This document shows positions 1-8,861 of a stretch of 64,000 nucleotides of DNA, one piece after another; position 1 is the stretch's first letter, and each line of letters starts with the position of its first letter. The position numbers and the translations under genes are program-made. The stretch comes from an uncultured Thermoleophilia bacterium (GTDB lineage: Bacteria; Actinomycetota; Thermoleophilia; UBA2241), in NCBI GenBank assembly GCA_963798285.1, contig CAWCSR010000003.1:66777-130776 (forward strand). Direction: 5' to 3'. Under the pieces are notes generated by a model. It was not told where the DNA came from. It saw only the letters and a program-made list of their open reading frames with translations, and searched no databases.

Positions 1-47
1 CGGCACGGCTGGCCACAGTGGAGGACCGCTGACGCCCGCCTGACGTC

Positions 48-108
48 AGACTAACGCCTGAATCAAGCCGACCCGCGAAGCGGGTTCGGCTTGAATGAAT
101 TGTCAGGC
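48..108 (-). repeat. attC site A (short, ~61 bp, divergent sequence)
   Basis: AGACTAAC...TTGTCAGGC ends. Internal imperfect palindrome TGAATCAAGCCGACCCGC/GCGGGTTCGGCTTGAATGAAT. Lies directly 3' of cassette ORF 139-480. Confidence 0.55.
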
Positions 109-138
109 CGCACTTGCCGCGCCATTTCAGTGCTGCCG

Positions 139-480
139 TTAGGACTGCGGGTCGAACCCGAAGACGCGCAGTTCTTGGTCGCAGCGACAGGCCTTGGCGA
201 TGCGCGCCGCCCACGCGATGGCCTCATCGCGCGAAGGCAGTTCCAACACGGTGAAGCCGCCGTCGAGCGTGGGCGCCCAAGGATAGCCGCCCACTGCAAC
301 CGCGCCGTCAGCAGAGACGAGTATGGGCGGTACGTCTTCGTCGATTCCGCCGCCGAAGACGTAAACACCGGCGGCTTTCGCCTCATCAATCACAGCGTGT
401 GCGTCGCGGCCCACCGCTCCCCATTCGCCATCGGGCACAACCATCGCCGCGCTTGGAAAAGAGATCAGGTACTTGGCCAT
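139..480 (-). CDS. YCII/DGPF-family small protein (cassette ORF)
   Basis: 113-aa ORF. C-terminal GGFTVLELPSRDEAIAWAARIA...ELRVF resembles the YciI/DGPF family. Flanked by attC A and B. Confidence 0.6.
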   Translation of the reverse strand: MAKYLISFPSAAMVVPDGEWGAVGRDAHAVIDEAKAAGVYVFGGGIDEDVPPILVSADGAVAVGGYPWAPTLDGGFTVLELPSRDEAIAWAARIAKACRCDQELRVFGFDPQS

Positions 481-525
481 GGTGCTCCTTCTGGGAATTG
501 ATGGCGGTCGTGAAGCCCGTGTGCG

Positions 526-612
526 GCCTGACGCACCGCGGATGAGCTGCGAGAACCGCGGCCCCGTCTTGCCGCGACGCTTTGGCGAGCCAGCTTGATC
601 CGCTTGTCAGGC
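526..612 (-). repeat. attC site B
   Basis: GCCTGACGCACCGCGGATGAGCTGCGAG...GGCGAGCCAGCTTGATCCGCTTGTCAGGC. Same arm family as sites D, E, F, H and I. Confidence 0.7.
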
Positions 613-638
613 GCGTCTGCCGACATGCCAGATTCCTC

Positions 639-1121
639 CTAGAGCGAGAAGATGTGCACCGGGCCAAGCTCCCGCATGGGACCGGGTTGAACGTCGCCGA
701 GACCATAGTCGTCGACGATGTGCGTCCTGGCGTCGAAGGTCAGGGTCATCCACGTGCCCTTCACATCGCCGCCCGTCGGGCTGAAGGACTTGGTGTTGAC
801 GAACTGGCCTTTGAGCACCACACCGTAGACGCGATCGCTATCGGGCACTCCGCCGCCCATCAGTACGCGGACCGCATCGCTGCGCCGGCAGGTCGTCCAC
901 GTGACAAGCTCGGGGTGAGGATCACCGCACGACGTAGCTTGCTGCCGTACCGCATCCAACAGCCAGGCTGGCGGCTGAATGGAGTCTGGCTGTGGAGACG
1001 GGGACGCGGCGGAGACGGCCTCGGCGGAGACAGGGCTGCCGCAGCCAGCCGCGGTGAGGAGAAGTGCGAGAACGGACAGTGCGAGCAACCCTGCGACGGT
1101 TGACTTCAGGAGACGTGGCAT
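639..1121 (-). CDS. Lipoprotein of unknown function (cassette ORF)
   Basis: 160 aa. Signal peptide with lipobox LLTAAGC. Located between attC B and C. Confidence 0.6.
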   Translation of the reverse strand: MPRLLKSTVAGLLALSVLALLLTAAGCGSPVSAEAVSAASPSPQPDSIQPPAWLLDAVRQQATSCGDPHPELVTWTTCRRSDAVRVLMGGGVPDSDRVYGVVLKGQFVNTKSFSPTGGDVKGTWMTLTFDARTHIVDDYGLGDVQPGPMRELGPVHIFSL

Positions 1122-1222
1122 CTCGAACCTCCCTACTGCGGTGTTTCGTGCCGTGAGACGATTAGCGGGCTACCGGTGTTCGCTCTTGACGTCGCGCTCA
1201 CGAAGCGGCCACGACCTGCTGC

Positions 1223-1324
1223 GCCCAACGTTTAGTGCATCAGCTGCAATACGCCGCGGCGATACGCTTCAACCCGAGACTAACGCTGGAGCGGCGTATT
1301 GTCTGCCGGATGCGCGTGTTGGGC
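1223..1324 (-). repeat. attC site C (divergent, ~102 bp, overlaps the 3' end of the GrpB ORF)
   Basis: GCCCAAC at 1223-1229 and GTTGGGC at 1318-1324. Internal inverted repeat CAATACGCCGC/GCGGCGTATTG. Confidence 0.5.
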
Positions 1325-1891
1325 CCTCGCCTCCCGCTTCGCGATCGCGGTCTCGCGAGTGATGAAGGCGGTCTTTGCGAGCGTGTAGGCCTCACGATCA
1401 TACGGGTACTGAGCGGCTAGAGCGTGCTTGAGGGCCGCGTACTCTCCCGCGACGTTCGGCTGGCTGCGCAAGCGATCACGGAACAGCACACGATTCCACT
1501 GCGGTTCGTCATCCAGGAGGGCCACGTGAACATGGGAGATGCGCCTTCCCAACTGATCACGGCCGATAAACCAGGGGTACCGTGGGCCGTCGTCTCCGAA
1601 CGCCGGGCGCAGGAAGTAGTCGTAGCCGGCGGCCTCCATCCTAGGGGCAACGTCGTCTTCGACGAAGCCGAACTCGTCGACGCCGAGAAGGATGTCGATG
1701 ATGAGCTTGGCCACTAGGCCGGGGACGGCGGTGCTCCCTACGTGTTCGATCCTGCGAATCGAGCCTGACGGGAAGAAGGCCTCGAGCCGAGCGACCTCCG
1801 ACTCGTAGAGCGAGGACCACGACGGGTCGCAGTCGACGAGCTCGATGCGTTCCGCGAGCACGCGAGCAAGCTTGTCCTCGAAGCTCTCCAC
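1280..1891 (-). CDS. GrpB family protein (cassette ORF)
   Basis: 203 aa. IEHVGSTAVPGLVAKLIIDILLGV and YPWFIGRD...HVHV segments are typical of GrpB/UPF0157. Confidence 0.8.
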   Translation of the reverse strand: MESFEDKLARVLAERIELVDCDPSWSSLYESEVARLEAFFPSGSIRRIEHVGSTAVPGLVAKLIIDILLGVDEFGFVEDDVAPRMEAAGYDYFLRPAFGDDGPRYPWFIGRDQLGRRISHVHVALLDDEPQWNRVLFRDRLRSQPNVAGEYAALKHALAAQYPYDREAYTLAKTAFITRETAIAKREARAQHAHPADNTPLQR

Positions 1892-1906
1892 ACGCCTCCG
1901 TCGATG

Positions 1907-1996
1907 GGCCTAACGCACCGCGGATACGCTGCGAGCGCGCCGGCTTCTGATGACAACGTCGGCGCTGCGGCGAGCCAGCTTGATCCGCTTGTTGGG
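1907..1996 (-). repeat. attC site D
   Basis: GCCTAACGCACCGCGGATACGCTGCGAGCGC...GGCGAGCCAGCTTGATCCGCTTGTTGGGC. Confidence 0.75.
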
Positions 1997-2004
1997 CGAC
2001 CCGC

Positions 2005-2307
2005 TCACGTCGGCAGGTCGAGCAATCGTTCGCTGCGCCAGACGCGGACGACACGGACCCGGTCCTCGGCGAGGCGATAGACGATCCGGAAGGGCGGATG
2101 GATGATCTCGCGCAGTTGCACGAGCCCAAACTCGGGCACCATGCGGCCGCTCACCGGGAAGTCAGCGAGCTGCTCGATGTGCGCGACGACCTCGCGCAGC
2201 AGGCGCTCCCCCACCTCGGGGGCCTGTTGGCCGGCGTACCAGGCGCGAATCGCCTCGAGGTCCGCGACGGCGGAGGCGGCGAAGCTGATGCGCGCTCGGG
2301 CGGGCAC
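2005..2307 (-). CDS. Type II toxin, RelE/ParE family (cassette ORF)
   Basis: 100 aa. ...FPVSGRMVPEFG...REIIHPPFRIVYRL..DRVRVVRVWRSERL is a ParE/RelE-like pattern. Lies 2 nt downstream of the antitoxin gene. Confidence 0.8.
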   Translation of the reverse strand: MPARARISFAASAVADLEAIRAWYAGQQAPEVGERLLREVVAHIEQLADFPVSGRMVPEFGLVQLREIIHPPFRIVYRLAEDRVRVVRVWRSERLLDLPT

Positions 2308-2309
2308 GC

Positions 2310-2597
2310 TTACTCGAGGCCGAGCCGCTGCTTGACGTCGGCGAGGTCGAGCTCGCGCCCCGCCTCAAGGTCGACGATGCCCTCGACGACGGCGCGCAGG
2401 AAGGAACGCTCCTCGGCCTCGGCCTCGTACTCAGTGAGGGCCTGTACGACGGCGACGCCGCGACCGCGGCTGGTGAGGAGTACCGGCCGGTGGGTCTCGT
2501 CGACCTGGCGCACGACCCGACCGGGGTTGGCCTTGAGGTCGCTGAGCGGCACGACGTCCTCCGAGAACTTGGGTGCGCTGCGCAAGGGAACCTCCAC
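2310..2597 (-). CDS. Type II antitoxin, Phd/YefM family (cassette ORF)
   Basis: 95 aa. VPLSDLKANPGRVVRQVDETHRPVLLTSRGRGVAVVQALTEYE is a Phd/YefM-like N-terminus. Confidence 0.8.
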   Translation of the reverse strand: MEVPLRSAPKFSEDVVPLSDLKANPGRVVRQVDETHRPVLLTSRGRGVAVVQALTEYEAEAEERSFLRAVVEGIVDLEAGRELDLADVKQRLGLE

Positions 2598-2687
2598 CTG
2601 AAGCCAGTGAATAGTACCGACTATAGCACCACTTCACAGGACCGCGAAGAGGACCCTCCGACCACGCCGCCGCTGGAACGAGGGTTC

Positions 2688-2774
2688 GCCCAACGCACCG
2701 CGGATAAGCTGCGAGCGCTGCGGCTCCGAGGTTGCCGCGACGTTCGGCGCGCCAGCTTGATCCGCTTGTTGGGT
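2688..2774 (-). repeat. attC site E
   Basis: GCCCAACGCACCGCGGATAAGCTGCGAGCGC...GCGCGCCAGCTTGATCCGCTTGTTGGGT. Confidence 0.75.
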
Positions 2775-2798
2775 GTGTGCCTCACGACGCCGACGGTC

Positions 2799-3198
2799 AC
2801 GGCACCACGATGATGCGCCGCGCCGTGAGAGCAGCCCCAGGCCGATGAGCCGGGACGTGACGTCGCCGAGCCTGTGGTAGCTGAAGTTGCCGCGGTTGCG
2901 CTTGCTGGCGCGTCGATCGGTGGCTCCAGGGGTTCGTCGGCGCGAGCGGTCGACGTAGGGCTTGAGCAGGGCGTGAAAGCGGCGGTTCGTCGGGAAGCGG
3001 GGCCAGCGGTCACCGTGGTCGACGCGGTCGGACTGCAGGGCGATCTGCAGCGTGTGGACGTTCTCGAGCGGTCGGGCGGCCTTCGGCCCGAGGGACGGTT
3101 GACGCCCCGCGGAGAGCCTGCCACGCCGAGAGCGACCGCGCAGGTGCAGCGGCTACGGCGACTGCCAACGCAATACGTGCGACGTACTTCACGACCAC
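2799..3198 (-). pseudogene. Cassette ORF for a putative secreted protein; reading frame broken as assembled
   Basis: Signal-peptide-like start MVVKYVARIALAVAVAAAPA (GTG at 3198). A protein-like continuation (...RPLENVHTLQIALQSDRVDHGDRWPRFPTNRRFHALLKPYVDR...) lies in another frame. The 3' end is uncertain. Confidence 0.3.
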
Positions 3199-3221
3199 GT
3201 CCTCCGGTTGACCTGCACCAC

Positions 3222-3310
3222 GCCTAACGCACCGCGGATAAGCTGCGAGCGCGACGGCTCCCGTGAGGCCGCCGGCGCTGCGGCGAGCCAGCTTGATCCG
3301 CTTGTTGGGC
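3222..3310 (-). repeat. attC site F
   Basis: GCCTAACGCACCGCGGATAAGCTGCGAGCGC...GGCGAGCCAGCTTGATCCGCTTGTTGGGC. Confidence 0.75.
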
Positions 3311-3331
3311 AGCGCGCAACTTCGCCACTGC

Positions 3332-3742
3332 TCACGCGCCTCCCCGCGAACGCTCGGTCTCCTGCTCGGCCAGCGCCTGCGTCATCGCTTGCTCGAAGGA
3401 TGCCTGCTGCCGCCGGTCGGCCGAAGTCGTGCGACCGTCGAGCAGCATGGCGATGGCGAACACCGGCACGGCGACGAAGAGCAGCACACAGGCGACCAGC
3501 CAGCCCCAGCGACGCAGGCGTACGGCGAGGGCGATCGCGAGCACCCAGGCAATGAGCAGGAGCAATACGGTCAGCAGCGTGAGCCAGTTCGAGGAGAAGG
3601 CGCTGACGTCGCCGGTGTCGACCGCCATCCACTGGCGCGCGAACGTGACGGTCTCGCCGGCGAAGCCCAGAATCCAGAGGGCGAGCAGGAGCCAGAAGAC
3701 GGTGAGCTCTACGCCCGCGGCGCTTCGCTTGGAGTCGCTCAC
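3332..3742 (-). CDS. Integral membrane protein of unknown function (cassette ORF)
   Basis: 136 aa with about 4 hydrophobic helices (VFWLLLALWILGF, LLTVLLLLIAWVLAIALAV, LVACVLLFVAVPVFAIAMLL). Confidence 0.6.
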   Translation of the reverse strand: MSDSKRSAAGVELTVFWLLLALWILGFAGETVTFARQWMAVDTGDVSAFSSNWLTLLTVLLLLIAWVLAIALAVRLRRWGWLVACVLLFVAVPVFAIAMLLDGRTTSADRRQQASFEQAMTQALAEQETERSRGGA

Positions 3743-3785
3743 CGCTCACCTCCCCCGGGCAGTGGGACCGCACCGGCCTTCGCCT

Positions 3786-3873
3786 GCCCAACGCACCGCG
3801 CGTAACCTGTGAGCGGTCTGGCCAAAGTATCGAGGCCAGACCTGCTGCGATCAGGTTGACGCGCTTGTTAGCA
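3786..3873 (-). repeat. attC site G (same ends, different internal arms)
   Basis: GCCCAACGCACCGCGCGTAACCTGTGAGCGGTCTGGCC...GGCCAGACCTGCTGCGATCAGGTTGACGCGCTTGTTAGC, a clear imperfect palindrome. Confidence 0.65.
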
Positions 3874-4098
3874 CGGCCTTGCGGCTTCAGTGCAACGGCC
3901 ACGGCACCGGCGGTGCAGGAGGATCTCGGAGAGCGCGCTGCACATTGGCTGATGCTGGCGGCGGGCGCTGGGGAGCTCGCGCGCTCCGGCAAGGCCGACC
4001 TGGCCATGCTCTTCCGAGGAGAGATGCGCTGCTGGCTACGCTGCAACTCACTTACTCAAAGCCCCCAGAGGGTGTTGCGGTTCCGCCACGTCTGCCCG

Positions 4099-4185
4099 CG
4101 CTAACGCACCGCGGATAAGCTGCGAGCGCCGCGGCTCCATCTTGCCGCGTCGCTTTGGCGAGCCAGCTTGATCCGCTTGTTAGCC
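4099..4185 (-). repeat. attC site H
   Basis: CGCTAACGCACCGCGGATAAGCTGCGAGCGC...GGCGAGCCAGCTTGATCCGCTTGTTAGCC. Confidence 0.75.
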
Positions 4186-4228
4186 CGTCGACCGAACAAC
4201 CCTCGGACTGCATGCTCGCAAGCGACGG

Positions 4229-4696
4229 TCATGGCGAGTTTGGGCTGTAGACGCTCACAGTGTAGCGGCCGATTCCGCGCAGTTCGAGGCAGTAGGTGCC
4301 TGCGAGCACATCCTTGGTGGTACGGAACTCGGTGATTACGGACTGGCCGTCCTCGCTGGGGACGCCTCGACTCGTGCTCGCGCCTGCTTGGTTGCGAGCG
4401 GCGGCGGGTGCGAGCGGGACGAGCTCGAGGCCGAGAGATACTTGCTCCCCGATGGGAGTCTCCTGAACGAGGCGGACGCGGACCGGCCCTGCGGGGAGCC
4501 GGAACCGCTGGCCCCGCACCCAGGCCTCGGGATCCAAGGAGCCCGCACCGCTCCATACGGACGCCCAGCCGCTCTGGGAGGGAGAGGGTGAGGCCGGCTG
4601 CGTGGGCTCACCGCATGCCGATACGCCGACGACCAGTGCGGCGAGGGCAACCATGATGAGGACGAGTCTCAACAACGCTCCATCGACCGGGCTCAA
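4229..4696 (-). CDS. Lipoprotein of unknown function (cassette ORF)
   Basis: 155-aa ORF. A likely internal TTG start near 4675 gives MLRLVLIMVALAALVVGVSAC (lipobox). Confidence 0.6.
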   Translation of the reverse strand: MSPVDGALLRLVLIMVALAALVVGVSACGEPTQPASPSPSQSGWASVWSGAGSLDPEAWVRGQRFRLPAGPVRVRLVQETPIGEQVSLGLELVPLAPAAARNQAGASTSRGVPSEDGQSVITEFRTTKDVLAGTYCLELRGIGRYTVSVYSPNSP

Positions 4697-4780
4697 CGCA
4701 CCGCGGATAAGCTGCGAGCGCGCCGGCCGCTCGTGAGGCCGCCGGCGCCGCGGCGAGCCAGCTTGATCCGCTTGTTAGAG
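4691..4780 (-). repeat. attC site I
   Basis: GCTCAACGCACCGCGGATAAGCTGCGAGCGC...GGCGAGCCAGCTTGATCCGCTTGTTAGAG. Confidence 0.75.
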
Positions 4781-4787
4781 CCCAGGC

Positions 4788-5255
4788 TCACCCCGCGTGG
4801 CCCCTCTTCGAGCGCGTCGCCTGCCGCAGCGCGAGCGCCGCGGCGCAGAGCAGGGGCGCAGCCGCGACGATCCAGGCCACAAGGGGCGCGTACGCGTGGC
4901 CGAGAGTCAGGCCGCCGGGATTGGAGAACGACAGCGCGTAGTAGTCGTGGAGGCGCTCGACAAAGAACGGCAACTGCGCGGCTGCGGCAAGGCCCGCTGC
5001 CAGAAGGCAGAGCAGCGAGGCCGAGCGCGGGGCCGAGCGCACAAGCAGAGCGGCGCCGGCCGCGAGAAGGGCGCCGATGGTGAGGAGGGCCTCCGTCCTC
5101 AGCGGCGAGGAGCTGGGGTCGCCGAAGCCGAAGAGGAGAGCAGCGAGCACGGCCTCGCCAAGCAGCACGCCGCCGCCGACCAGCGCCAGGAGCGCCGCCG
5201 GGTCACGGCGGACGGTGACCCCTGGTGCCACGCCTGTCTGTGCCCCTGCGCTCAC
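4788..5255 (-). CDS. Integral membrane protein of unknown function (first cassette next to attI)
   Basis: 155 aa with about 4 TM segments. GTG start preceded by GGAGGTCGGAG, about 16 nt after the putative attI crossover. Confidence 0.6.
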   Translation of the reverse strand: MSAGAQTGVAPGVTVRRDPAALLALVGGGVLLGEAVLAALLFGFGDPSSSPLRTEALLTIGALLAAGAALLVRSAPRSASLLCLLAAGLAAAAQLPFFVERLHDYYALSFSNPGGLTLGHAYAPLVAWIVAAAPLLCAAALALRQATRSKRGHAG

Positions 5256-5491
5256 CTCCGACCTCCTGTGGCTCTAACTCGTATTCTGCAGTCTGGGGAA
5301 GCCCCGGATGCAGCTCCTCACTTCTGGATGAGACCTTACCATGAGGGTCGGATTGCGGGATGTGCAGTCTGCGTATGCCGGGGGGCGCTCACTCAGCTGC
5401 CTTCGGTCGTTGCTCGAACTGCTCGGCGATCCACATCTTGATGACCCACGGGCGCGTGACGCCCAGACGCCGAGCTTCACGCGTGCAAGTC
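5256..5491 (-). other. attI-like region between the intI stop and the first cassette; candidate crossover GTTAGAG (minus strand) at 5272-5278
   Basis: Non-coding gap. It contains a GTTRRRY core (plus strand GCTCTAAC at 5271-5278) exactly where the first cassette should begin. IntI-binding repeats were not identified. Confidence 0.4.
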
Positions 5492-6458
5492 TCACAGTGT
5501 GTCCAGCGGGCTGCGCACGCCTTGGCCGCCGCGCTGGAGGACGTGGGTGTAGATCATCGTGGTGCCCACATCCTTGTGGCCCAGGAGCTCCTGGATGGTG
5601 CGGATGTCGTAGCCGCTCTCCAGCAGATGCGTCGCGAAGGAGTGTCTCAGCGTGTGGCAGGTCGCATGCTTCGTGATGCCGGCCTTCGCGACGGCGTCTT
5701 TCACGGCACGCTGCACGATGCTCGGGTGCACATGGTGGCGGCCCTGGCGGCCTGTGCGGGCGTCCGTCCAGCGGCGCTGCTGTGGGAACAGCCACTGCCA
5801 GCGCCACTCGCGGGGGGCGCGCGGGTATTTGCGCTCGAGCGAGTCGGGCAGCGCGACCGCGCCCCAACCGTCGCGCGAGGTCGCGCTCGTGGATGAGCTT
5901 CGCGCGGCGCAGCTGATCGCGGAGGTCGGGCACGAGCGCCTGCGGAAGCGTGGTGGCGCGGTCCTTGCCGCCCTTGCCGGAGCGGACGGTGAGCTCGCCT
6001 CGGGCGAGGTCCAGGTCGAGCACGCGGAGGCGCAGGCACTCGTTCAGCCGCAAGCCTGCGCCGTAGAGGAGCGAAGCGATCAGCCAGCTCTGAGGGTCGT
6101 TGCGGTCGAGCTCTTGCAGGACGGCGCGCACCTCTTCTCTGCTCAGGACCACGGGCAGCCGGGCGGGCTTGCGCGCGCGCACCAGCTCGTGGAGCTCGCC
6201 GATGTCGCGGTGCAGGACGCGGCGGTAGAGGAAGAGGAGTGCGCTGAGCGCCTGGGTCTGCGTCGAGGCGCTGACGTGTTCTACAACCGCCAGATGGGTC
6301 ACGAAGGCGTTGATCTCAGGCTCCGCCATATCCGCTGGGTGGCGGAGCCCATGGAAGCGGATGTACCGCCGCACCCAGCGGCAGTAGGTCTGCTCGGTGC
6401 GGCGGCTGTAGTGGCGCGCCCGCAGGGCGCGCTGCAACTGGTCGATGAGTTCGGACAC
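5492..6458 (-). pseudogene. intI: Integron integrase IntI, interrupted by one frameshift near 5870 as assembled
   Basis: N-terminal part (frame of ORF 5274-6653): VSELIDQLQRALRARHYSRRTEQTYCRWVRRYIRFHG...[14 protein letters not shown]...GKGGKDR. After a 1-nt shift: [29 protein letters not shown] (IntI-specific domain)...[12 protein letters not shown]...[14 protein letters not shown]. Probable GTG start at 6458. Confidence 0.85.
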
Positions 6459-6734
6459 GGCCCCAGCGTGGCCGCGTCGGGGCCGAGGTTCAATGGGTGA
6501 CGGGCAAACGTCAACGCGCCGGCCTCCGATGGCGGTAGGAAGGCACTGCTTGGCGGGGCAAAGGCGAAGAGCCAGGCACGTGGGGTTGGCCCGGCAGTCG
6601 CGCCCCCCGTTCGCGCGGCCGGCCGCCGCGCTCGCGCGCCGCGAATCACCCACTCAGGGTGAGGCGTCGCGAGGTCCCAGCCCCTACGTTGTGAGAGGAA
6701 CGCGGGGCCGGCACGACGGCGAGAGGAGAGATCC

Positions 6735-7112
6735 ATGGACCGGAGACTCGTGATCACGACTTCGTACCTCGCTCTGGTGCTGCTGGTGCTCACCGTGGCG
6801 GGACTGTACGACCCGGCTGGGGCGCCGGCCTCCGGTGGTGCGACGCAGCGGCCGCAACCGGCGCCGGGCCAGATGGCCGAGCAGCCGCAGGCGCCCTCGG
6901 CCCTCCCCGCCGGCGGCGCGGTGGCCATGGGGCCTCTGGCGCCGGGCGGCATGAGCGGCGAGTTCGCCCAGCGGCTGTTCGCGAGCGCCGGCGCCACCAG
7001 GGCGCCGTCGATCTACGTCCCGGCGGACTCGTGGCGAGGCCGGCACGGCTTCCGCTGGGGCCACCACGACTTCGGCATCCACGCCAGGGCGACGGCGACG
7101 TTCTCCTGCTGA
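6735..7112 (+). CDS. Small membrane-anchored hypothetical protein (Pro/Ala-rich)
   Basis: 125 aa. Strong RBS GAGAGGAGAG before the ATG. One N-terminal TM helix (YLALVLLVLTVAGLY). Confidence 0.5.
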   Translation: MDRRLVITTSYLALVLLVLTVAGLYDPAGAPASGGATQRPQPAPGQMAEQPQAPSALPAGGAVAMGPLAPGGMSGEFAQRLFASAGATRAPSIYVPADSWRGRHGFRWGHHDFGIHARATATFSC

Positions 7113-7128
7113 CCGCCCGGTCGCCGAG

Positions 7129-8504
<1,376 letters not shown>

Positions 8505-8515
<11 letters not shown>

Positions 8516-8861
8516 CGCGGCCTCCCTTCGTCGCGCCGGGGGCGCCGCCGGACGCCGTGGCGCCGGCGCCCTTCTTCTGGTCGCCCGAGCTCTTGAACAT
8601 CTCGAGCATCCGTTCGGTGACGGCGTAGCCGCCGACCGCGTTGGCGGCGCCGAGCAGCACGGCGAGGAAGCCGACGATGCGCTCCGGCGTCGTCGTCGCC
8701 GACCCGAGCGCGATCATGGCGCCCACGACGACGATGCCGTGCACGAAGTTGGAGCCGCTCATCAGGGGCGTGTGCAGGATGACCGGCACGCGGGAGATGA
8801 CCTCGTAGCCGACGAAGGCGGCGAGGATGAAGATGTAGACCGCCGCGAAGCCGGTGATCAT
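8505..8861 (-). CDS. pntAB: NAD(P) transhydrogenase subunit alpha part 2 (membrane)
   Basis: 118 aa. VPVILHTPLMSGSNFVHGIVVVGA...AANAVGGYAVTERMLEMF. Confidence 0.9.

Larger units (their letters stand above)
48..6458 (-). mobile_element. Chromosomal-type integron: intI, attI-like junction and an array of at least 9 attC-bounded gene cassettes (the array may continue past the left edge)
   Basis: IntI-type recombinase at 5492-6458. Nine imperfect palindromes bounded by RYYYAAC...GTTRRRY each follow one small minus-strand ORF. Six of them share nearly identical arms. Confidence 0.8.

Noticed and set aside
3189-4046. A 285-aa minus-strand ORF spanning two attC sites and the 3332-3742 cassette.
   Set aside because: Arg/Ala/Pro-rich shadow frame typical of high-GC DNA. 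It crosses cassette boundaries and overlaps a much more plausible membrane-protein frame.
3856-4104. Plus-strand 82-aa ORF inside the short cassette as a real gene.
   Set aside because: It starts inside attC G, ends inside attC H, lacks an RBS, and is oriented against every other cassette. It is kept only as a possibility under the ORF-less-cassette finding.
48-4780. The regularly spaced ~88-bp repeats could be a CRISPR array.
   Set aside because: The repeats are long imperfect palindromes with RYYYAAC/GTTRRRY ends. The 'spacers' are 225-600 bp and contain ORFs with RBS and signal peptides. An IntI-type recombinase, not cas genes, is adjacent. This is an integron attC array.
5274-6653. The 459-aa ORF in the track taken as one protein.
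   Set aside because: Only residues from about VSELIDQL to HERDLA look like a real protein (IntI N-terminal two thirds). The N-terminal extension and the whole C-terminal third are Arg/Pro/Ala-rich out-of-frame read-through. The genuine IntI C-terminus is in ORF 5492-5731.
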